Assembly (NCBI GenBank): GCA_963746775.1 | Contig: CAVVCK010000002.1 | Location: forward strand, 303,592 to 367,591 | DNA: 64,000 nt | Reading direction: 5' to 3' | DNA from: an uncultured bacterium | Lineage (GTDB): Bacteria > Patescibacteriota > JABMPQ01 > CAVVCK01 | Shown: piece after piece, positions 47,834-57,942 of the stretch | Position numbering within the stretch: the first letter of the stretch is position 1 | How the letters are laid out: every line of letters starts with the position of its first letter | Notes under the pieces: generated by a model | What the model saw: the letters and a program-made list of their open reading frames with translations, nothing else | The model's database searches: none | Told to the model about the DNA's origin: nothing | Made by a program: the position numbers and the translations under genes

Positions 47834-50527
47834 TTATTTTCTCCCTGAAGCTTTATACATAAATCCTATTATAAACAATGTAACTAACCCCGTTAAACCA
47901 AATACAAAAAATAAGTTAAACACATTTTTATAATATTGCGGAATGAATTTACTTAGAGCTCCAGCCACACCTAAATTCTCTCGATCTACTTCTGGATTAG
48001 ATAAATTGATTTCCCTTGTCTTTGAAGCTGTTTCTGTAAGAGGATTGCCATTGTTTTCCACATAATTAATTTTACTCTCTACTTCTAAAGTAATGATTTC
48101 TTTATTAAGCCCATTCGGTTGCCCATTTATATCTACACCAGGTTTAAATGTATAAGAAGATTCTGTTGTATTCCAATCTCCTCTCCTAGTATCAACTGCC
48201 TCTCCATTCCTTTTCCATGTATAAGTAAATTCTCTAGATGGTCTCCAATAATTAAGACTGGCATGAATAGTTACATTGCTATCTCCGGCATAATAAGTTG
48301 ATTGGTTACTATCCTCGGGAGAGGTTCCTATTTCAACTCCCTCGGGATCATCGAACTCAATACTAGGAGGTTTAATTTCAAAATTCCTATCATTTCGTGC
48401 AATAATATCTTTTTTATCATCTAAAACTTCCAAAGTCACAGCCTCACTGCTAGTATTAGCCAGACTATTAGCTTCTTCCCCTGTGGGTTCCCCAATACTA
48501 CGTGGATCATCTCTCAGAATAAAATAAGCTGTCTCGAAATTAGGACCCTTACCACTTTGCAATTGTTGTTCTTTTCCTTTAAAATTCCACTTAAAATTAA
48601 AGTTCTGTACTGCTAACTCAAAGGGGTCATCACAATTTTCAATACCATATTTAGTTTCACACTCCTTTTTAACTTTTTCATCTTCAACCTTATATTTATT
48701 TTTACATTCATCCCCAAATCCATCTTTAATCTTATTAACTGTAGCCTTTACTAAATCTCCAGTACGAAAACCTTGATCTTCTGTTATCTTACCCTTAAAA
48801 GCATCCTGATCCAAAATATAACTCTTTTTCAAAATATAATTTTCACTATTCGGATCATCAAAATTTATATCATTAAAATCTATTCCTTTCCGCTCATTAA
48901 ATTTTTTTACTTCCTCATTTTTTAAATCAACATTACCAATAACATCCATATCTAAACTAGAATCAAACCCGATAGGAATTTCAAATTCTTGAAAATTCAA
49001 TCGATTGGTGTTTTTTTCTAATATTTCCAGCCCTATCGTATCTCTATCACAAGCTTGTTTTTCAGTATTATATTGATAAATTTTCTTACCGTAACCTTCC
49101 TCTACTACATCTTCATCTTTATGCCCATTTAAAAACCATTTAAATTCCAAATCAAGCCCGGCATTTTCTTCTAATTTTGAGGTTTCAGCAATAACTGTAA
49201 TTGGTATTGGATCACCCGGTATAGGAGGCGCTGGATTATAACTCCAACCTACTTTAAGTGCAAGCCCTAAGCCAACTTCAATTTCATTTTCTCCTTTTGG
49301 AGTCGCCTCAAATCCACAGCTTGTATCTTCTGGAGCAGGATAAGTAAATAAGGTATATTTATCTCCTGAATTCTCGTTTCTATATTTATCATTTACTCCA
49401 AAAACTCTCAGCATTACGTTGTATTTTTCTCCATATTCTTTTTTAACTATAAGATGAACATTATCTTGTTTTATCCCAATATAATCTAGACCATCTTCAA
49501 CTCCATCATTGTCTGTATCCGAAGTTGTAGGATTTGTACCTTCTATATATTCTCTTAATATATCAAAGGATTTTTGACCTGGATTTACTTCTTGACCAAC
49601 AGAACTTCTTAAATATGGTACACCAAGCATCCAGGGTGCACTATAATTATTACCTTCATCTTTAAAAAAATACTCCCAAGCATCTCCGTCCGGATCATTG
49701 ACAAATACACTCGGATCATCTGGTGAAACAATTTTATCTGGTTGCACTAATGGCAATAAGGCTTCATCATTATCGGGCATATAAAAAAATCCTTTCTCCG
49801 TACTGCCATCTTCATTTTCTGTTGTGTAATTAATTAGCTTGCCTTTAAAATATCTTATTTCCCAATTATCATCCAAACCATCTCCATCAGTATCATTACC
49901 TATTGTAGGCTGCCTGGTTACATAAAATTCAGGCGGAGCAGAATTCTTAACATAATTTTCATAAGATATATTTCCTATCCTTCTAAATGGTAATGTTTCA
50001 TTATCACCTTCTTGAAATATTGTAATTCTGTCTCCAAGTATAATATGTCCAGTACCAATATATTTAACTAAATTTTCTGCATTACAATATAATTTGTTAT
50101 CATTTCTTAGACAGTATGCTTCATCATCACCAATTTTATACATTTTTTGCGAAGTAAAACCTCCTGCTAACGCTGCTCCAGGATTACAAATTTTATCAAG
50201 ATTATCTTTTCCAATATCCCCATATTCACTTTGCAGATAATAACCATCCACCTCATTGCCAGCAATTTTATCTGAAGAACCTGCATTTAATGTATTTAAA
50301 GGAACTTTATCAATACACCACATATAATTCATTCTATCCTGATCTTCTCCGTCAGCACTATAACCTTCTGATTGCGCCTGAAGAGTAATATTAGCTCCTG
50401 GCTGTATTATACCTGGAATTACACCAAGATTTACTCGAGGACAATCCGCAGCCAAAACATTCATGGAAAAAAGCAACATAAATAACATTGTGCCTATTCC
50501 TATACTTATTTTATTTATTTTATGCAT
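47834..50527 (-). CDS. large (897 aa) surface protein with signal peptide, TSP3-like Ca-binding repeats and C-terminal TM anchor
   Basis: Signal MHKINKISIGIGTMLFMLLFSMNVLA. DTDGDGLDDNWEIRYF and DTDNDGVEDGLDY repeats. C-terminal LFFVFGLTGLVTLFIIGFMY followed by KASGRK. Confidence 0.5.
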   Translation of the reverse strand: MHKINKISIGIGTMLFMLLFSMNVLAADCPRVNLGVIPGIIQPGANITLQAQSEGYSADGEDQDRMNYMWCIDKVPLNTLNAGSSDKIAGNEVDGYYLQSEYGDIGKDNLDKICNPGAALAGGFTSQKMYKIGDDEAYCLRNDNKLYCNAENLVKYIGTGHIILGDRITIFQEGDNETLPFRRIGNISYENYVKNSAPPEFYVTRQPTIGNDTDGDGLDDNWEIRYFKGKLINYTTENEDGSTEKGFFYMPDNDEALLPLVQPDKIVSPDDPSVFVNDPDGDAWEYFFKDEGNNYSAPWMLGVPYLRSSVGQEVNPGQKSFDILREYIEGTNPTTSDTDNDGVEDGLDYIGIKQDNVHLIVKKEYGEKYNVMLRVFGVNDKYRNENSGDKYTLFTYPAPEDTSCGFEATPKGENEIEVGLGLALKVGWSYNPAPPIPGDPIPITVIAETSKLEENAGLDLEFKWFLNGHKDEDVVEEGYGKKIYQYNTEKQACDRDTIGLEILEKNTNRLNFQEFEIPIGFDSSLDMDVIGNVDLKNEEVKKFNERKGIDFNDINFDDPNSENYILKKSYILDQDAFKGKITEDQGFRTGDLVKATVNKIKDGFGDECKNKYKVEDEKVKKECETKYGIENCDDPFELAVQNFNFKWNFKGKEQQLQSGKGPNFETAYFILRDDPRSIGEPTGEEANSLANTSSEAVTLEVLDDKKDIIARNDRNFEIKPPSIEFDDPEGVEIGTSPEDSNQSTYYAGDSNVTIHASLNYWRPSREFTYTWKRNGEAVDTRRGDWNTTESSYTFKPGVDINGQPNGLNKEIITLEVESKINYVENNGNPLTETASKTREINLSNPEVDRENLGVAGALSKFIPQYYKNVFNLFFVFGLTGLVTLFIIGFMYKASGRK

Positions 50528-50582
50528 AATTTAGGATAAATTATTAATATGAATTTAGTGGTTATTTTTTAATTTCTGATTA

Positions 50583-51659
50583 TTAGCTACCTATTACATG
50601 ATTTAATATTTCTATTACAAACGAAGAAGAACCCATAACAAATGTCTTAAGAAAAGCAATCACTAAACTGAATACATATGCATCTACATACATAAATACT
50701 ATTAAAATTATAATAGGGATTGCTTGAACGATTGTTCCGGGTCCTACTAAAAATCCAAAACCAATCCAATCCAACTTACTCATTCTAGGAATATATTTAC
50801 TTTTTATAAGATGAGCTCCAATAATTTGAACCCACCAAATAATAATTGTTACAATTAAACTTATAAATATTGTTTCCGCAGCTGCTCCTAAAGTTGCTAC
50901 TTTTGTTACATTAAAAACTGTTTTAACTGTTTTAAGTGTTTTAGCTAATTTTGTCGCTTTGGCTGCTTCGGCGCCTGTTTTGGCAACCTTGGCTGCTTCG
51001 ACGCCTGTTTTGGCAACCTTGGCTGCTTCGGCGCCTTTTTTACTTTCTTTATATTTCTCTAATCCTTTTTCAATTTTTTTCCTTACTTCTTTTCTGGTTT
51101 TATCAAGATCTAATTGTGTTTGATTTTCCTCTCCAGGACCAACATAATCATTCATACCAGCTAATCTAGATATTTGATCATCTCCTATTGCCTTCAACTC
51201 ATCTGGCTGATCTTCGCCTACCATGTTTAAAAATGGTGATTCTAACTTTTCAACATCCGATCTAATTTTTTTTATTTTTTGTTTTATTCCCTTAGGCTTT
51301 GCAGGACTATAAAACTCACCTGGGGATCTGTATGGATGTTTACCAACAGCAGCAACACCTCCGTCCAGCTCATACCTATTTTCATCTCGCAATTTATACG
51401 CTAAATTATTTTTTGGCAAACTAGATTTATTTACCCAGGCAGTATAGGCATTACTTATTCTTTCTTTAGTAGCAAAGATTCCTTTTTTATTTTTTAAAGT
51501 TCTCTGATTTTTTAAATTCACTATTTTTTCTATTTCTCTTTCTTCCTCCTTTTCGATCAATTTTTCCTTTTCTAAAACTTTTCTTTTGTATTTTAAAAGC
51601 ATTATCTGATAAAAATCTTCCCGAGCAGATTCTTCAACTGGCTGTAAATATTCATTCAT
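50583..51659 (-). CDS. membrane protein with coiled-coil N-domain, internal K/A repeat and 3 C-terminal TM helices (T4SS-operon component, function unknown)
   Basis: KGAEAAKVAKTGVEAAKVAKTGAEAAK repeat encoded by 30-bp tandem DNA repeats at about 50958-51035. C-terminal TM helices. Confidence 0.45.
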   Translation of the reverse strand: MNEYLQPVEESAREDFYQIMLLKYKRKVLEKEKLIEKEEEREIEKIVNLKNQRTLKNKKGIFATKERISNAYTAWVNKSSLPKNNLAYKLRDENRYELDGGVAAVGKHPYRSPGEFYSPAKPKGIKQKIKKIRSDVEKLESPFLNMVGEDQPDELKAIGDDQISRLAGMNDYVGPGEENQTQLDLDKTRKEVRKKIEKGLEKYKESKKGAEAAKVAKTGVEAAKVAKTGAEAAKATKLAKTLKTVKTVFNVTKVATLGAAAETIFISLIVTIIIWWVQIIGAHLIKSKYIPRMSKLDWIGFGFLVGPGTIVQAIPIIILIVFMYVDAYVFSLVIAFLKTFVMGSSSFVIEILNHVIGS

Positions 51660-51725
51660 CTTTAGTATACATTAAAACAATAAAACATGAAAACAAACGC
51701 ATTTAATATCTTTTTTTTAATAATT

Positions 51726-52352
51726 TCAATCCTGCCAATATATACCACTTAATTTCCAATCTTCTCCTGATTTTTCAAATGTTGTTAATATTATTTTATA
51801 GCTAACTTTAGGCGTATTACTACTAGCTGTTATTTCTTCCCTTTTTACTGTTACTAATATTTTACTTTTTGAACTATCTTGACTAATAAAGACTGATGAT
51901 AGGGCTGAAGTTGTCATACCATAAAAAGGAGTACTACTATCTATTGGCATCTTACTTTTATCATCAATCCATTTTACTAATTTGTCATTAGAATACTGCT
52001 TTAAGTCTTTTAAATTTTTATAAGCTTCTTTGTCTTTATTAGTAAAAGTCCCAAATATTTCAGCTAACTTTTCAGCTTTTTCTAAAAATAATGTATCTTC
52101 ATTGTTTTGTATAGAATTATCTTGGTTTCCAGTATTATCAGCATTACTATCAGTTATTTGACTATTCTCTGTTGCTACAGTGTTGTCTGGCTCAATTTGA
52201 TTATAGGTTATTTGCTCTGTTGAATCAACGCTAGTTTGTGAATCACTACTACCAGTTGAGTCTTCTTGCTTCTTACAACCAAAAGCAGTCAATAATACTA
52301 AAATCATCAAACTGAAAATAATTGTTATAGAATATTTTAAGTATTTAAACAT
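51726..52352 (-). CDS. lipoprotein with C-terminal NTF2-like domain (possible VirB8/PrgL-like)
   Basis: Signal with a lipobox-like LLTAFGC. Disordered S/T/N/D-rich linker. About 110-aa C-terminal alpha+beta domain ending in KLSGIYWQD. The VirB8 assignment is speculative. Confidence 0.35.
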   Translation of the reverse strand: MFKYLKYSITIIFSLMILVLLTAFGCKKQEDSTGSSDSQTSVDSTEQITYNQIEPDNTVATENSQITDSNADNTGNQDNSIQNNEDTLFLEKAEKLAEIFGTFTNKDKEAYKNLKDLKQYSNDKLVKWIDDKSKMPIDSSTPFYGMTTSALSSVFISQDSSKSKILVTVKREEITASSNTPKVSYKIILTTFEKSGEDWKLSGIYWQD

Positions 52353-52440
52353 ATTAAAACCATGTTAATATAATTAGAACTTCTAACATACAATGCTAAA
52401 TAATTATTTCCTGGCATTATATACTAGACTTTGGTAATTT

Positions 52441-54336
52441 CTAGGTTGCTATAGCCCTTCTATCATTTTCAGGTGATCTTGATTCTTCTTCTAGTTCCTT
52501 TTTTGATTGTTCGATTTCTAATAATTGTTTAGGGTCAGTAGTAATTAATTGATCTTCCATATAAGAAGCAACAATTTTAATAGCTACATGCTTTGGACCA
52601 GCAAAAAATATTCCTTCACCAACATCTGATTCTAGTAGTAAAAATTTTTCCTCTTCTGTTAAATAAAATGTTTTCTTTAATAGGTCAATGTTGGCTGGAG
52701 ATTGTTTTAATAAAATCATCATGGAAGAATTAGTAACTACCGCTTTCCCATGATCAGAATTTAAAAAATCTGATACATCTTGACTGATAGTGGTCATACC
52801 TAGATAATATTTTCTGCCACGTTTCGCCATGGCGTACATAAATCTAGCCGAATCTTCATACTGCATCATCCACCAAGCCTCATCAATAACTAGTACCCGT
52901 CTTTTCAATTCAGCCCTGACTACATTCCAAATATAATTAAGAACAACATACATAGCTATTGGCCTTAATTCTTCTTCAACATCTCGAATACTAAATACTA
53001 CGAACTTTGCTTTCATTTCAACGTTTGTGGGTTGATTAAATATCCCAGAAAATGTTCCTTCGGTATATTTTTTAATCCTGGATACTAAACTTTCTGCCCC
53101 CTCCATTGTTTCTAATATTTCCTGAAAATCCTGCATTGTTGGTGAGGTAATTTTATTTAAATCTGATTCTGCTGTAATATCTTTCTTGGCATAAGTTTCC
53201 AGCAAAGCATTGTCAACTAAAGCATCTTCTTCCTTGGTCATACGTCCCAACATCAATCGCATTAATCCTTTTAAATTAATTACCGCCGATCTAATAATAT
53301 CTTCAGCTGACATACCTGTAATTTTGGGGGGTAAATCAAAAGGGTTAAGTCTATAATCAGAATCCAGTGATATCCGCAAAAAAGTACCCCCAACTGCATC
53401 ACATAAATGTTTATATTCATTTTCTGGATCTACTACAATCACATCAGCCCCAAACATTAAGCTTCGTAATATTTCTAGCTTCACCGCATAACTCTTACCT
53501 GCACCAGGTATAGCAAAAACTACGCTATTAGCGTTCGGCAATGTAAATCGATCAAAAATTATTAAACTATTGTTATGACGATTAATACCATATAATATCC
53601 CTTCATCCGATGTAAGTTCAGAAGAAACAAAAGGGAAAACAGTTGAAAGTGGTGAAGTATTCATACTATTAACCACTCCTATGTCATCATTACCAAGAGG
53701 CATAGTAGAATTGAATCCTTCTTCCATTTGATAAATTGTTCTTTTAGAATAAATTAATTTATGCCCTAACAAGCCTTCTAGCTCTTTTGTCTTTTCTTCT
53801 AATTCCTTTTTTGTTTCTGTATATAATGTTAGATAAAGACCAAAATGGAAGAATCTTTCTGTCCCCTGAACCAACCTATCACGAAGTTCTTCTACGTCTC
53901 CTAAGGCAGTTTCTAACATAGGATCTCTAACCATTCCCTTTTCCTCCTGAGCTGAAATTGTTGATCTAATTTGACCTACTTTATTTTTTAAAGTTTTTAA
54001 AATCTTTTCTGAACTCACCGGAGTAATATAGAAAGCAATGTCCAATTCTTCATTTAAATTAACAATAGGAGAAAGCCAACCTACATTTAAATAACGGGGG
54101 TAAGTAAATACAAATAATGTCCTAACAAATTTATTGTTAAGCTTTAAATGATCAGGATTAATCTGCATCGCTGATGGAGCTATAATATCTTTGATTGACA
54201 CTAAACCCATCTTATATATTTCTTCTGCTTTCAGAATATCCTCTTTTTCTTTTATTGATAAATTATCAAAATTCTGCTTGCCGTAGGGCAGCTGTTCATC
54301 TTGTACTTCATCTTGATTAGTAAGTGATCTTGGCAT
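52441..54336 (-). CDS. VirB4/TrbE/CagE-family T4SS ATPase
   Basis: Walker A FAIPGAGKSYAVKLE. Walker B/D-E VLVIDEAWWMM. Conserved VirB4 blocks (VVDPENEY, RKYYLGMTTISQ). Confidence 0.8.
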   Translation of the reverse strand: MPRSLTNQDEVQDEQLPYGKQNFDNLSIKEKEDILKAEEIYKMGLVSIKDIIAPSAMQINPDHLKLNNKFVRTLFVFTYPRYLNVGWLSPIVNLNEELDIAFYITPVSSEKILKTLKNKVGQIRSTISAQEEKGMVRDPMLETALGDVEELRDRLVQGTERFFHFGLYLTLYTETKKELEEKTKELEGLLGHKLIYSKRTIYQMEEGFNSTMPLGNDDIGVVNSMNTSPLSTVFPFVSSELTSDEGILYGINRHNNSLIIFDRFTLPNANSVVFAIPGAGKSYAVKLEILRSLMFGADVIVVDPENEYKHLCDAVGGTFLRISLDSDYRLNPFDLPPKITGMSAEDIIRSAVINLKGLMRLMLGRMTKEEDALVDNALLETYAKKDITAESDLNKITSPTMQDFQEILETMEGAESLVSRIKKYTEGTFSGIFNQPTNVEMKAKFVVFSIRDVEEELRPIAMYVVLNYIWNVVRAELKRRVLVIDEAWWMMQYEDSARFMYAMAKRGRKYYLGMTTISQDVSDFLNSDHGKAVVTNSSMMILLKQSPANIDLLKKTFYLTEEEKFLLLESDVGEGIFFAGPKHVAIKIVASYMEDQLITTDPKQLLEIEQSKKELEEESRSPENDRRAIAT

Positions 54337-54500
54337 TTCTTTAAAACGTTAAAACTTTAAAACATAAAAACAAAAATTTTCTAATATCTTGTGCTTTATT
54401 TTCAATGAAACATCTAATTTTAAAAACCACAAATTTCTAATTAGTCATTTTAAAATTTTATTAGAAATTAGAAATTAGTAATTGGTAATTAGAAATTATT

Positions 54501-55268
54501 CTAATATCCTCCCCGCTCCACCTTTAGTTCATCTAAATCCACCAAAACTTGATTAGTAGACACTTCTGGATTATACCAATTATATAATAATTCAACTATT
54601 TCCTGAGTATCTAGGGCTGCTGATCTAATACCCATTCCAGATAAACCACCAACAACATGATTTACTCTAAGATGTAATTCTTCCTTACTTTTATCAAATG
54701 CTTCAGTTTTCATTTTCACTTCTGTAGCCGGTTGCAAAATACTTTTTATTTTATCTATAGGACCGCTCATACTCTGCCCTGGCGAAGGAGAATAAGGAAC
54801 AACTACATAAAAATTATTAGTTGTAATATTAGCTAACTCCACTAGAGACAAAATATATTCGCCATACCCAGCAATTTGCATTCTTAACAACTCATTCTCT
54901 TGAATCCTACCTGCTTCTTTTATTTTTTCGGCATATTTAAGAATATTTAGTTTTCTAGTCTGAGCAACAATTTGTATAGGAAATTCTAAAGAATTCAGAA
55001 AATCCTGAAAAGCATATATCTTACCTATCTGTTCATCTTCAGACATTAAAGAAAAATTAATACTAGACGCTAGGATTATAGAACGAAATCCCCCGCTTTT
55101 TAAAATAGCCGCACCATCTCTAATTCCTTCAACATTCAAAAATTTTTGGGTAGATACAGATTTTTTATTAGTTACTTTTTTAGAAAATAATGTTTCGAAT
55201 ATATTTCCTTTTTTGTTGGATTTATCAACTTGCTGATTTTTGTCTTTCAATTTATTTAGATTAAACAC
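54501..55268 (-). CDS. hypothetical protein in the T4SS-like operon
   Basis: 255 aa, soluble, with no nucleotide-binding motif. Lies between the PrgI-like and VirB4 genes. Confidence 0.4.
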   Translation of the reverse strand: MFNLNKLKDKNQQVDKSNKKGNIFETLFSKKVTNKKSVSTQKFLNVEGIRDGAAILKSGGFRSIILASSINFSLMSEDEQIGKIYAFQDFLNSLEFPIQIVAQTRKLNILKYAEKIKEAGRIQENELLRMQIAGYGEYILSLVELANITTNNFYVVVPYSPSPGQSMSGPIDKIKSILQPATEVKMKTEAFDKSKEELHLRVNHVVGGLSGMGIRSAALDTQEIVELLYNWYNPEVSTNQVLVDLDELKVERGGY

Positions 55269-55413
55269 AATAATTAATGATTATGTGATTCTTAAGCATC
55301 CTCACTAGTTCTGTACTACTAATCACATGCTCTTTAAAACAATACGTAAGTATGGAAATTATTAAATATTAACAATCTTTTAACTTTCTTTTTATATTAA
55401 TCTTTTTTATTTT

Positions 55414-55863
55414 TTACTTTGGTATTTCTTCAGTGCTTTTTATCACTCCACCCATATCTAGTATTTGAGAAAGTTCTTGAATTCTACTCCTATTAAAACT
55501 TTTATCTCCAATCTCTTGTGTTTGCGCTTTAGAAATTATTCTCCCCCTTTTATTACTGTCACTTATATTAATATGAGATGTTTTTACATCACGTAACCAA
55601 AGCCGTAGTTTAGGAGAGGTGAAAAACTTTACAGCCGCCTTTAAATAAATTTCAAAAGGCCGGCCATTAATCTTTATAAAAGCAAAAGGAATAACTACTG
55701 CGCCAGCCAAAACTGCTAATAGAATAAATAAGGTAAGATCAGCTAGTGCCCAAACAATAAGTAAAAAAACTCCTCCAACTACTAAATATAAAAATTGCTT
55801 GGTAGTAAGCGGACCAATTACTTTGTCTTCAACTTCAATAAATTGAGGAACGGCGTATTGCAT
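55414..55863 (-). CDS. PrgI/VirB3-like small 2-TM protein
   Basis: MQYAVPQFIEVEDKVIGPLTTKQFLYLVVGGVFLLIVWAL...FILLAVLAGAVVIPFAFIKINGRPFE has the PrgI-family N-terminus and topology. Upstream of VirB4 as in Gram-positive T4SS. Confidence 0.4.
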   Translation of the reverse strand: MQYAVPQFIEVEDKVIGPLTTKQFLYLVVGGVFLLIVWALADLTLFILLAVLAGAVVIPFAFIKINGRPFEIYLKAAVKFFTSPKLRLWLRDVKTSHINISDSNKRGRIISKAQTQEIGDKSFNRSRIQELSQILDMGGVIKSTEEIPK

Positions 55864-55942
55864 AAATTTAATTATTGAAACATATTGAAACTCATAGAAA
55901 TAGATAGAAATACATTGCTGTTAATCATCTTTTAATTTGTTT

Positions 55943-55995
55943 CCAATGCATTTCTATATATTTCAACTGTATCTCAATTATATTTCTATTTATAC
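55943..55995. repeat. left copy of about 55-bp imperfect direct repeat flanking the four-helix-bundle gene
   Basis: ccaatgcatttctatatatttcaactgtatctcaattatatttctatttatac versus the right copy at 56445-56497 (about 80% identity). Confidence 0.55.
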
Positions 55996-56366
55996 TTCGA
56001 TCTATACGTTGAACTAATAAAATTATTTAGTTTTACTGACAATTCTTTAGTAACTTTCTTGAATTCTATATATTTATCTTCTTTTAAAACTTCCCTTTCA
56101 AATAACAATTCCAACCAATAATCGCTGCGTTCACTTAATGAAGCTCTGCTGTTATAATAAAATTTTATTTTATCCAAATAGTGATATCTGCTATAGCCTT
56201 CAGTAATATTAGCTCCAACTGAATCTGTAGATCTAATAAATTGATCGCCAATCACTTTTTTATTTTGCCAACCTAAACTACTATATATTTCCCAACTTAT
56301 TTTAGATAATTGTCGAGCTAACTTATAAACATCTAAATCTTGTAAAAGAATGTATTTATTATTCAT
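55986..56366 (-). CDS. four-helix-bundle protein (23S rRNA intervening-sequence / Avd-like family)
   Basis: DLDVYKLARQLSKISWEIYSSLGWQNKKVIGDQFIRSTDSVGANITEGYSRYHYLDKIKFYYNSRASLSERSDYWLELL matches the PF05635-type pattern (L.VyqkA..L...iy.....fP......l..Ql.Rsa.Si..NIAEG..R....e...F...A.GS..E....L.l). Confidence 0.65.
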   Translation of the reverse strand: MNNKYILLQDLDVYKLARQLSKISWEIYSSLGWQNKKVIGDQFIRSTDSVGANITEGYSRYHYLDKIKFYYNSRASLSERSDYWLELLFEREVLKEDKYIEFKKVTKELSVKLNNFISSTYRSKYK

Positions 56367-56444
56367 AAAAGTGGTAACCTCCTATTACTCACTTAATAAT
56401 TTATAATTAATATTATCAAATCTCTATTTATTTCTACTATATCT

Positions 56445-56497
56445 CAATTGCATTTCCATGTATTTCAACTATATTCCAACTGTATTTCTATTTATCT
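56445..56497. repeat. right copy of about 55-bp direct repeat, embedded in a degenerate roughly 21-bp periodic array
   Basis: caattgcatttccatgtatttcaactatattccaactgtatttctatttatctc. Confidence 0.55.
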
Positions 56498-56526
56498 CAA
56501 TCATATTTCTATTGTATTTCAAAAAT

Positions 56527-57831
56527 TTAAATAGATTTTAATACCTTCCTCATCTCCTCAAATTCATCCTTACTCAAATACTTCTCCCCTCTTCCTTTCC
56601 TTTCTTCGGCAATTTTACCTATATCTTTTTTGGAATCCAAACTTTCCTTGCCTTGCAATAAATATATTTTATAAAGTTCACTTCTTCTTAAATAATATTT
56701 TACAGCTTCTTTGCTTTCAGATGATTCAACTAATAATTTTTTAATTTTTGCAGACATAAATGCGCCAGCAGCTTCAGCCTCCTTGCCATAACTTCTAAAA
56801 TCTTCTATGTTTAATTTTTCTAAAGATTGAACTGTGGCTAATTTTGCTAAAGAAATTTTAGGAATAGGATTCAAATTAGCAAACTTTTTTTCTTTAATTA
56901 AATCATAATCACTTCTTGGTTTAGATAGTGTTTGCGGAACATTTTTTTCATCATTTCGTAACAAACTTCCCTTCACTCCTAGCAAATTACTATCTTCTCT
57001 CATCTCTCCTCTAATTATTTTCTTTTTTTCTTCTCTAGCTTTCTTTCTCTTTTCTATTTCTTTTTTGTATTCTTCTGGATCAAGAGGCATGTATTTTTTA
57101 TCTAAACCAGTACCCACTTCTCTTATACCAAATACAGAAAGCGGATAAGTAGCAATGCCATTAGGATGGGCCATATCTAATTTTAGTTTTTCATATAATC
57201 TTAATATTTTTTTTAATATCATCTTATCTTCAAAACTCAATATTCTAACATTTTTACTTTTAAATAAATAATTAGAGATATCTAATTCTCCGTGTTCACC
57301 TGCACCAATTAGATTATCATAATCAGCCAGCCAATTACGTACAGATGGCTCTTTAGGTTTATTATTAGATCCAATTATTATCTGACTATCCCCTAATATT
57401 TCTATATTTTCTTTTAGCGCTTCTCTAATATTTTTTAAAAAAGGATCTCTTTTCCATATATTAGAGATACCAAAAACTTTAGCTCTTAGTTTATTTTCCA
57501 AATTAATTTCCCATTTAATACTAGTTTTAATTATTACTAAAAAGTGTTTTCTAAATAAATCTATCGCTTTTTCATCGCTTAATAATGATAACTGTACAAA
57601 ACCAATTTTTACTAAAAATTCTAAGTACTTTTTAGCTAAATCTTGATTAAGCCCTGACCCAAATTTTCGTAAGGACTCTTCTAAATTTAATCTTAAAATA
57701 TTATATTCCACTACTTCCTCGCCTGTTATCCCATTATCATACCGCAAAAGATAATCAACTTTTTTAGTGATTTCCCTTAATACTTCTTGATCTTCTAATT
57801 GTCCTTTTGTAAAAGCTTGTATTTTTTTCAT
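56527..57831 (-). CDS. hypothetical cytoplasmic protein in the T4SS-like operon
   Basis: 434 aa with no TM, K/E-rich central region and no recognised motif. Confidence 0.45.
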   Translation of the reverse strand: MKKIQAFTKGQLEDQEVLREITKKVDYLLRYDNGITGEEVVEYNILRLNLEESLRKFGSGLNQDLAKKYLEFLVKIGFVQLSLLSDEKAIDLFRKHFLVIIKTSIKWEINLENKLRAKVFGISNIWKRDPFLKNIREALKENIEILGDSQIIIGSNNKPKEPSVRNWLADYDNLIGAGEHGELDISNYLFKSKNVRILSFEDKMILKKILRLYEKLKLDMAHPNGIATYPLSVFGIREVGTGLDKKYMPLDPEEYKKEIEKRKKAREEKKKIIRGEMREDSNLLGVKGSLLRNDEKNVPQTLSKPRSDYDLIKEKKFANLNPIPKISLAKLATVQSLEKLNIEDFRSYGKEAEAAGAFMSAKIKKLLVESSESKEAVKYYLRRSELYKIYLLQGKESLDSKKDIGKIAEERKGRGEKYLSKDEFEEMRKVLKSI

Positions 57832-57942
57832 TCTTTATTTTTTATCCAGATAAAAACATAAAATTTCTACTGCATATTTAAAACTAGCCTATATTCCGCC
57901 TCTCACAACATTATCCATGTTATTTTCTTATTCACTGCCACT

